Shown: positions 50,681 to 58,700 of the stretch, piece by piece
Position numbering within the stretch: position 1 is the first letter of the stretch
Layout of the letters: every line of letters starts with the position of its first letter
Source of the DNA: a virus
Reading direction: 5' to 3' (one strand)
Virus record (IMG/VR): IMGVR_UViG_3300042398_000969
Coordinates: 96,001-160,000 of that record
DNA: 64,000 nt
Notes under the pieces: model-generated
Databases searched by the model: none
Seen by the model: only the letters and a program-made list of their open reading frames with translations
Told to the model about the DNA's origin: nothing
Made by a program: the position numbers and the translations under genes

Positions 50681-51139
50681 TTAAAGTTCGTACTGAAGGT
50701 AAGTTGTCTCAGGATCACTAAGTGACAAAACTTCAGTCAAATCTGCCAAAATCTTCCTCAGCTTTGGTCTGATGTCTACAGCATATCTAACCTTTGGATG
50801 ATAGTAATGCGCAGGGAAAATTCTTTCAATAAATACCTCGTCAAGTTGCTTAATTTGCAACAAAAAATACTGTTCATCCAATTCTTTAGGGTCTTCCACA
50901 ATCTCGCTATTCATGAAAAATGCTTGATTTTCGGATAGATAATCAGAACTTTTTATTTTCAAATCTTCAGAAATTTCAGCACAAATATATTTTACTTCTT
51001 CGTGTAAATTCATAGATTTTTTTGTCTTTGGATTGAAATCCCTTACGTTGAAATATCTTTGACAAATAATATTTCCGTCTAATGTTAGTAAAAACTCAAA
51101 TTTGTTTGGGTCTTGCATGTTACTATTCATAAATCTCAC
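50681..51139 (-). CDS. Hypothetical protein in replication block
   Basis: 152-aa ORF between the exonuclease and helicase. Confidence 0.7.
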   Translation of the reverse strand: MRFMNSNMQDPNKFEFLLTLDGNIICQRYFNVRDFNPKTKKSMNLHEEVKYICAEISEDLKIKSSDYLSENQAFFMNSEIVEDPKELDEQYFLLQIKQLDEVFIERIFPAHYYHPKVRYAVDIRPKLRKILADLTEVLSLSDPETTYLQYEL

Positions 51140-52158
51140 TTTTTAATATTAAATTTTATTATTTTTTTATTTTTTTCTTTTCTTGTTAATCTTAAGAATG
51201 GGTTTAGAAAATTTACCAAGCCGTCGTCTGATTTAGGTATTAAGCTGAATATCCCATCTTCCTGCATCAATCTCATCATATTCTTATATGACCGACCTTC
51301 TGAGTCTAAATTCTCCTTTATCAATGAAATGATCCCAATTTTAGCATCGTCTGTTAATATGGGGTCATCTAGGCATACCATTTTATTATTTATCTCGAAG
51401 AATTCATCTCCAAAGACTCCTAATTTAGTAACGCCTGTTAGAAAATTTTGAATGAGTCTATTATGTCTATCAGATTCAAATAATATATCACCCTGATTTC
51501 TTACTTCTTGTAAAGTTAATTGTTTTGTTTTAATTTCTGGGAACATACTGATAAGTCTTTTTATCCCCAAGTTTTTGATACCAAATATATTGTCAGATGG
51601 ATCACCACATAAGATCTTTATGAGCTTTACGTTTTCAATTAAAACGTCTTCGTGGTCATATTGTATAATATCATTTCTAGAATATAATTTTCTATGAGAT
51701 GGATTATATAAAACAACGTCATCATTAATTAATTGTACTAAATCTCTATCAGATGAATAGATGATCTTTTTCTCAGATGTTGAGGATTGTGTATAAAAAG
51801 CTATACAATCGTCAGCTTCGCAGTATTCAAACTCTGCCTGTCTAACATATAACTCTTCCAGATATTGTTTGATTCTGTTTCTTTGGTATTGATACGAATT
51901 GATCTCCTCCTCAGTTCTGTTTCTTTGTTTTCTATTTTCTTTGTATTGATGGTATATTTTCTTTCTTGATAAAGAGCCTTCTCTACCATCCCAAAATACA
52001 CAGATTTTGTCTAACTGATATGTTTCGAAAGATCTTCTAAGGGTGTCGATAAAGTGGAATAAACCCCCAATATGTTGACCCTTATAAAATCTATTCTTCT
52101 GACCGTAAAAACCTATGGTTAACAAATTATCACCGTCAACCAACAATGTTTTAGACAT
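51136..52158 (-). CDS. 5'-3' exonuclease / flap endonuclease (PolA N-terminal, T4 RNase H-like)
   Basis: LLVDGDNL, VFWDG, YKENR, EADD, SSDRDL, CGDPSDNIFGIKNLG. Confidence 0.92.
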   Translation of the reverse strand: MSKTLLVDGDNLLTIGFYGQKNRFYKGQHIGGLFHFIDTLRRSFETYQLDKICVFWDGREGSLSRKKIYHQYKENRKQRNRTEEEINSYQYQRNRIKQYLEELYVRQAEFEYCEADDCIAFYTQSSTSEKKIIYSSDRDLVQLINDDVVLYNPSHRKLYSRNDIIQYDHEDVLIENVKLIKILCGDPSDNIFGIKNLGIKRLISMFPEIKTKQLTLQEVRNQGDILFESDRHNRLIQNFLTGVTKLGVFGDEFFEINNKMVCLDDPILTDDAKIGIISLIKENLDSEGRSYKNMMRLMQEDGIFSLIPKSDDGLVNFLNPFLRLTRKEKNKKIIKFNIKK

Positions 52159-52194
52159 TTCGTCTATTGTATTAAAAGTTAAAAAATAAAAACA

Positions 52195-53208
52195 CTATTC
52201 TCCACCAATTTCTTCATCCTCAGATTCAGAAAATTCAATATCACCATCACCAAATCCACCTAGTACTTGATTCCAATAATCAGAATAATCTTTCTTATAT
52301 GTATCTAATGCTTCTTTCGTATCGTGGATGTATCCTTGTGGTACTGCAATAATTTTTCCATCTCTATATGCTAAACCATTTACGTGGTTCTTAAGGATTG
52401 AGATTTTAGTTCTAATTGCATATGTAACTTTTCTGCCACCCTTAACTGCATCAATGTGATTGATACCAGCTTTCTTTTGGTTACCGAATAAGAATACAAT
52501 TGATGATGCTAACCATAATGCTTCACCACCTTTTGCTTTGATTTCTGGTTGTCCAAATGGATTATCAGGAAGCTCAACCCATGGTTGGTTAACAACAATC
52601 ATTGTAACGTATAACGGATTCTCTTTAGTTGGATAATCTTCTTTTTTAGATTTAGAAATTCTTGAGTGAATACCCATACCAATTTTATCTGCTAAAGCTG
52701 ATGCATTATGTTGCTTACCACCTTTACCTTCAAAGGTCATTTTACATGGAACAGATCCAACAGAATCCCAACAAATCAATAAGTTTTTACTTAATTTACC
52801 AGATGCCTGCGCATCAATTAATTTGTTAATAAAATCTGTAATTTCTTCAATGTAATCAAATCCATCATTAAAGATAAAATTACCATGCCATTCTCCATCT
52901 TCATCTTGTTCAGCTTGAAGACCTAATTGAACAGCGTGCTCCCAGTTCCATTTCTTTTCTGTAATAATGAAAACAGGTAAGTGTCCTTTCTTTTGTGCAT
53001 CTACAGCAGCTAAAATCATTGCTGTTGTCTTAGATGAGTTAGAGTGACCTAGAAACATGTTAATACCACCCATAACCGGACCAGGCATACCACAAGCATC
53101 TAAAAATGCTTGACCACAATAATAGTAGTTGGTTTCTTTATATTTTGTCTTCGTTGAAAACTCCTTCAGGATGTCTTCGTCGTTAAATTGTTTTTTCTTA
53201 ATAGCCAT
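52195..53208 (-). CDS. recA: RecA/UvsX-like recombinase
   Basis: P-loop GHSNSSKTT, IITEKKW, WDSVGS, VVNQPW, KAKGGEAL, ILKNH. Confidence 0.8.
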   Translation of the reverse strand: MAIKKKQFNDEDILKEFSTKTKYKETNYYYCGQAFLDACGMPGPVMGGINMFLGHSNSSKTTAMILAAVDAQKKGHLPVFIITEKKWNWEHAVQLGLQAEQDEDGEWHGNFIFNDGFDYIEEITDFINKLIDAQASGKLSKNLLICWDSVGSVPCKMTFEGKGGKQHNASALADKIGMGIHSRISKSKKEDYPTKENPLYVTMIVVNQPWVELPDNPFGQPEIKAKGGEALWLASSIVFLFGNQKKAGINHIDAVKGGRKVTYAIRTKISILKNHVNGLAYRDGKIIAVPQGYIHDTKEALDTYKKDYSDYWNQVLGGFGDGDIEFSESEDEEIGGE

Positions 53209-53262
53209 GTTATAGTTTTTTTAAAAATGGGGCTTGTGACGTTATCTCCGCCCCTTGTATAA

Positions 53263-54099
53263 TTAGAACGGTAAGTTCTCGTCCGCATCATCTTCCTCCT
53301 GTGGATCTTCGATTGGTGCAGAAGGTGCTTTGAAAACCTCTTCACCTTGTGAGTTAGACACCCACTTCTTAGTATCACTATCCCAACGTGGAGTTTCACC
53401 CTTAGCAACCATTTCAAGATACTCCTCTGGTTTCTTAGAATAAACGTCAGACCATACTGTTTCTTCATTAACCCACGCACTAGCTGTTGCTCCGTCTGTG
53501 TGTAATGGAGATGGATCCTCAGGCATTACTGAACTGATTGAAGTATATTCTTTACCGTTACCAGACTTGGTTAATGTTAAGAAAATTGTTAAATCTCTAC
53601 CAGTTTCAACATCGGTAATATCACCTTTCTTTTGGAAAATCGGGAAGATCTTATCAATGATACCATCACCCTTAGCGTTGTGCTTAAATCTCCAGAATTT
53701 AGGTCCGTCTTGTTCGTTATCTCTATCAATAACTTTAACGATGTAGAACTTACGTGAACGGTACTGACGAGCTAATTCAGCATCAGATTGAACTTTAGTA
53801 GCATATAATGCATCCTTAACCTCATTTAATGGTGAACGTTTACCTTCTTGAGCTGGATCATATAATTTAGTCCAATTACCATCAATTTGAATCTCGTGGA
53901 AGTAACCTTCTTTAAATGGTGTTTCACCATCTTTAGTTGGTAGGATTCTAATACGTCTTTCACCAGACTTAGAACCTTTAGGAAGAACAGTTGTAAAATA
54001 CTTTTTCATTCTGTCTTCTTGTGAAATCTTGTTCGCGTTGCTACTTGTAGCGTTTTTGTTTTTTTCGTACTGTGCTAGTACTGAATCTACTGTTGCCAT
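53263..54099 (-). CDS. Single-stranded DNA-binding protein (gp32-like)
   Basis: RIRILP, PFKEGYFH, VIDRDNEQDGPKFW, DITDVETGRDL, acidic tail ending DENLPF. Confidence 0.8.
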   Translation of the reverse strand: MATVDSVLAQYEKNKNATSSNANKISQEDRMKKYFTTVLPKGSKSGERRIRILPTKDGETPFKEGYFHEIQIDGNWTKLYDPAQEGKRSPLNEVKDALYATKVQSDAELARQYRSRKFYIVKVIDRDNEQDGPKFWRFKHNAKGDGIIDKIFPIFQKKGDITDVETGRDLTIFLTLTKSGNGKEYTSISSVMPEDPSPLHTDGATASAWVNEETVWSDVYSKKPEEYLEMVAKGETPRWDSDTKKWVSNSQGEEVFKAPSAPIEDPQEEDDADENLPF

Positions 54100-54143
54100 A
54101 ATAGTTTTTTTTAATTGTTAATAATCTTATGATAAAAGATACA

Positions 54144-54171
54144 TAAAAAAACCCAGATTAAAAAATCTGGG
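54144..54171 (-). terminator. Intrinsic terminator
   Basis: CCCAGATT-N4-AATCTGGG followed by a T run on the minus strand. Confidence 0.7.
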
Positions 54172-54199
54172 CTTAATATTTTTTTAAATTTTTTATTTG

Positions 54200-54445
54200 T
54201 TAGCTATCAATATCACCCCAACTTACAATATAATCATCATAAGTACCCATAAAAGAATTTTTAGCGGTAACGGTATAACCATATGTATTTCTTAATTCAT
54301 CCGCCATTGACTCGTTCATATGGTTATTACCAACAAGAATTCTATATAGACCTTGTGAAGTAGCACCGGTAACTAACGAGTTAATATACGAAAGAGATCC
54401 GGTTGTTGTATTTGATGCTGTTAATGCTGCTGATCCTGATATCAT
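54200..54445 (-). CDS. Hypothetical protein
   Basis: 81-aa ORF. Confidence 0.7.
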   Translation of the reverse strand: MISGSAALTASNTTTGSLSYINSLVTGATSQGLYRILVGNNHMNESMADELRNTYGYTVTAKNSFMGTYDDYIVSWGDIDS

Positions 54446-54458
54446 TTTTTAAATAGTT

Positions 54459-54845
54459 TTATTCTAAAGTTAGAAGGTAGGCTAATTTATTAACCTCGCC
54501 AAGCATTTCATCTCTTAAGTTTAATAAGTCTGTATCACTTTCTGGTGATAATTCTGAGCTTAAGCCGATTAAAAATTCTTTTATTTTTTGTAAAAATTTA
54601 ACAATTTCAATGTCTAATAAATTAAAAATTTCAATTGTTCTATTTGATTCATCAATTGTAAATCTTCCAAACTTACCCATCGATATTTCTACATATTGGT
54701 CAATAAGACCATCTAGTGTGTCATATATGTTACCAAAAGCCATGTGTCTAGCATAACCCTTTGTCTGCCAATGCATTATCTTAAATTGACATTGTAGACC
54801 TAAAAATAGGTTAACATTAGAACCTAGATTGTTGTTCGTCTTCAT
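54459..54845 (-). CDS. Ferritin/Dps-like four-helix protein (DUF5856-like)
   Basis: HWQTKGYARHMAFGNIYDTLDGLIDQYVE..LNLRDEMLGEVNKLAYLLTL. Confidence 0.7.
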   Translation of the reverse strand: MKTNNNLGSNVNLFLGLQCQFKIMHWQTKGYARHMAFGNIYDTLDGLIDQYVEISMGKFGRFTIDESNRTIEIFNLLDIEIVKFLQKIKEFLIGLSSELSPESDTDLLNLRDEMLGEVNKLAYLLTLE

Positions 54846-55461
54846 AAGGGTTAAATGACTGACTTAAGTCTTCTTTAGAATAATTTTCAATGTCGCTCTT
54901 AGTTAAAACATATTCGTTTTTACCACTAGCTCTCATTTCTTGTTGTTTATGTGCGAAAAATTCTTGAGGTTTTTCATTAAAAGGATATGAATCCAATGAA
55001 CGCATCTCTAATTTTTCTTGAGGTGTTTGTGGTTTAACGTCATCTATCTTTGCCCCTAATTGGTCAATTTTAGCAATAACCGCATCCATGTTGCTTAATT
55101 TAGCTTCAAGATCATCTAGTTTGCTGAATACCGCATCCATTTGTTGCATAACACCACTTTGTTCACCTTTAGAAGCTTCTAATTCGTTTTTGATGTTCTT
55201 GGTCATATTAACCAAATCTGTAACGTCCACTTCTTCAGTATTTTCCGCACCTTCTGGTGAATCTGGTAATGCTGGAGCGTCTGCTGGCATTCCTGCTGGA
55301 TCAGCTGGTGGCATATCTAAAGCCGCACCAGGTTCTGCTGGGGCGTCAGTAGGTGCTGGAGCTGCTGGTAATTCTTGCTCAGTAATCACATAAAGTGATT
55401 TTGCATTTTTATTAATAGATTTATATCTATTGATTTCTTCTAAAAGTTTTTGCTCTAACAT
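54817..55461 (-). CDS. Acidic Pro/Ala-rich protein with coiled coil (putative head/scaffold-related)
   Basis: LLEEINRYKSI N-terminus, PA-rich linker, heptad region. Confidence 0.65.
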   Translation of the reverse strand: MLEQKLLEEINRYKSINKNAKSLYVITEQELPAAPAPTDAPAEPGAALDMPPADPAGMPADAPALPDSPEGAENTEEVDVTDLVNMTKNIKNELEASKGEQSGVMQQMDAVFSKLDDLEAKLSNMDAVIAKIDQLGAKIDDVKPQTPQEKLEMRSLDSYPFNEKPQEFFAHKQQEMRASGKNEYVLTKSDIENYSKEDLSQSFNPYEDEQQSRF

Positions 55462-55465
55462 AGTA

Positions 55466-55663
55466 TTAGTCTTGTAATAATTGTCTACCGTCTTCGGTAA
55501 TGTATTTTTTATTTATTCTTTCAACGATACCGTCTTTTGATCTAATAACATAGCATTCGCCAGTTTGTAAATCGCACTCCTCTCTTTCCATTGAGTCATT
55601 TGATACTTGTCTAGAAACCTTTGGGTTTAAGAACTGATCTACTGATTTATTTAATTTTTCCAT
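55466..55663 (-). CDS. Hypothetical protein
   Basis: 65 aa with CDLQTGEC; TATTTATA upstream. Confidence 0.7.
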   Translation of the reverse strand: MEKLNKSVDQFLNPKVSRQVSNDSMEREECDLQTGECYVIRSKDGIVERINKKYITEDGRQLLQD

Positions 55664-55701
55664 AATGTTAAAATATATACCTATAAATACTTTAATAATT
55701 A

Positions 55702-58700
55702 CTATTTTCTAATGTTTAGTCTAAAATAGACCACATCTCCTTCATTTAGTTTTAATTTTTTCATAAGCTTAGCAGACATTGCTATTCCGTATTGACTAGC
55801 TTTACTGTCTGTTATTGATGGGCCATTGTGTACGGGGCCGTCAAATCTTCCAGTTGATGGGTTAACATCTGTTGTTAACTTGTAAGTCAAACGTAAGCTA
55901 GGGTTATAAAACTCAGTATCATATTTGAAAATTTCTTCTTTGTTGTTATTCAAAACCATTCTAACTGCATAATAATCATAAAGACTATCTTTAATGTCGG
56001 TATATTTCTTAATGACATTTGGATATGCTTTCCATCCGCTAACTAACTCTAATTCACCTGTTGGATCATACTTTGATCCGCCAAATAAAACTACTCTAGT
56101 TCTAAGCCAGAATTCACCCTTAGCTGGTTCAATATATTGAATATACTTTTCTGTTCCGCTGCCCACCTTGGCACCATTATATGGAATCATATCATATAAC
56201 AATCCAGATTGATTAACTATGATTTTTGATAAATCTTCATTACCTACAGCAGATCCTGGATCAATACTAAAGCTTTGTTTATCTTTTGTTGTTATTGTTC
56301 TTTCCGTTGTAACACCTGGGTTAGTTTGTTGTTTCTTCTTAACCGCCGATGATAGTAATCTACTAAACAATGGTCTATAGCTAGACATAAATGTGCTGTC
56401 TAATGAAGGTAAGCTACTGTTTGAAATTCTGACGCCAGTAAATGATGTTTCAAACTGTCCAGCTTTTATAGAATGACTAACATCAAATATTAAGTATGTA
56501 CCATTAAACATGGGGACATTAGCTAGATAGAAGTACATTGTTGGTTGTAACATAACATTACCCATACAAGTTACACTACATTGATATGACGCAGTTTTGT
56601 AAATGTCAAATAAACCAATATCAACAGAATGTGATCCACCACCACCTTGTGATCTGGCTAATCTTTCTTGTGCAAGTGCACTTTCTGTTGTATTTTTATA
56701 AGTGCTTTGATCTAATGATATACTTTTAAAAACTCCTTGTGCTTGATCACCAAAATTAACTTCAAATGAAACAACCCTATTTGAATTAGCAGTATCGGTT
56801 TCCATGAATATTCTTGGTTCAACAATTAAAGGATTGTTATTTGTGTCTTTAATATCAAAGCTATCGCTTTTAAATTTATATTCTTTGTTAACTCTAGACA
56901 TATCCAAATATTGTGATGTCTTGTTAATGTATTGTAAAATAATTTTTGGTGAAGATTCTTGATAATCCACATCTAAAAATGTACCAAATAAATTTCTGGC
57001 TAAATTCTTAGACGGTATTATTCTTTTCTTGTTACTTGTATTTGTTCCGTAAAAATTAATGTAAGCCGGTAAAGGTCTCATATCAAAATTAGTACCTTGA
57101 ATTAAAGTTGATATTGCGCTATATAAATCTATCTTGGCGTTTCTTTCGTTACCCAATGAAATAAGTCTCTCTAAACTAATATAAGACGTTTTACCAATAT
57201 CTCTATTTGCTCTATCTAAAAATAAAAACTCATCCATTAAATGTCTTTGACCAATAGCATTACCTGCTATCCATTTGTCATTAAATGATTTAAAGTATTG
57301 ATATAAATCTAGCTTTGTTGTCTTCGCCTCATTATAACCATGATATATGGTGATTTTTTCTTTCTTTTTTTCTTGTGCTAAATTTTTAAATTTCTTTATA
57401 AAATTTTGTAAAAAAATTGAAAGCCTATTGTCTTGTGGATCAAATATATTTGTTTTTACATATAATTTAAATTCATTATAATTTGGAACAAATAAGTTAT
57501 CTTTTGTTTTATTATCTTTAACCCAACCAGCATATATTCTAGCCAATTCTCTGTGCGAGTATATATTTTCTTCAGTTACCTCAATGTTACTTACTTGGAA
57601 AAAGTTTTCATATAGGTTTGTTATACCACTATATGTTGTACCAGTTATATTTTGACCAATATATAATTTTATTAAGTCTTTTGTTCCTGGAGTGTACACA
57701 CCGCCAATTGTTGAGCCAGTTGTTAGTTGTGAAACATCATATTTGTTTGGTAAATATGATTTTGAATTACCAACAAACCCATTAATTATATAATCATCAA
57801 TTTGTTTTGGGTTACCAATAACTAATTTTCTTAAATTTTTATTATCTAACATGCTTTTTGTCAAAGCTTCTAGTTTTGTTTTTTGTGCATCAATAACCTT
57901 TTCTCTGGCACCATCAACTGCTAGGTTAATACCCGTTTTTTCTATACTACATATTTCTTTTAATATTTCTTGAAAAGAAGTATAATCGTGGGTACTACCT
58001 TTTAAGGAGTCAACATCTAAATCTAAAGATGAGTACTCTAAAAACATAGACTCGAACTCATCCAATAATTTTGGACTGAAAGTGGCAATTAAATCAATTA
58101 CTTTTTTCTTATTACCTGTTAATGAAAATAAGTTTCTAGTTGTTTTGAACATTTCATCAGGTCCTGGGAAGTATAAAACATTATATGTTGGATGTTTAGT
58201 TAAATCGCTATCGTCCAATATAATTCTAAAAGAATCCTGTAATAGACTTGGAAAACTATCAACTATATTGCTAATTTTTGATGCGCCATTAGATGGTAAA
58301 ATTGTATACCTATTATCTGTAGCTTTAAACCTTGAATTATCCACTAAAGATGTTAATGTGAATCCACTTTTGCTTGTTGGTTTCTCTAAAATATATTTTG
58401 TAATTCCAGTTGCAACTGCACTATTATATTGTGAACTTGCGTTAACAGCTGTTGCACTTGTTTTTGTAAATCCAGATGGGTTATAAAAACTATACCCATT
58501 TACTATTTGATGGAATATACCATGATAATATGGATAAACCCCAACATAAGAATTTGATGAATATGTGACAGCACTCATTGATGGGGTAACGGCACTAAGA
58601 TTAAACGGTACGTTTGTCCCGTTGTCAAAAAACGTTGATCCATTTATTGAAACAGTAACCCCACTTAAAATGTCAACACCTTCTTTAAGGTATTTTTTAT

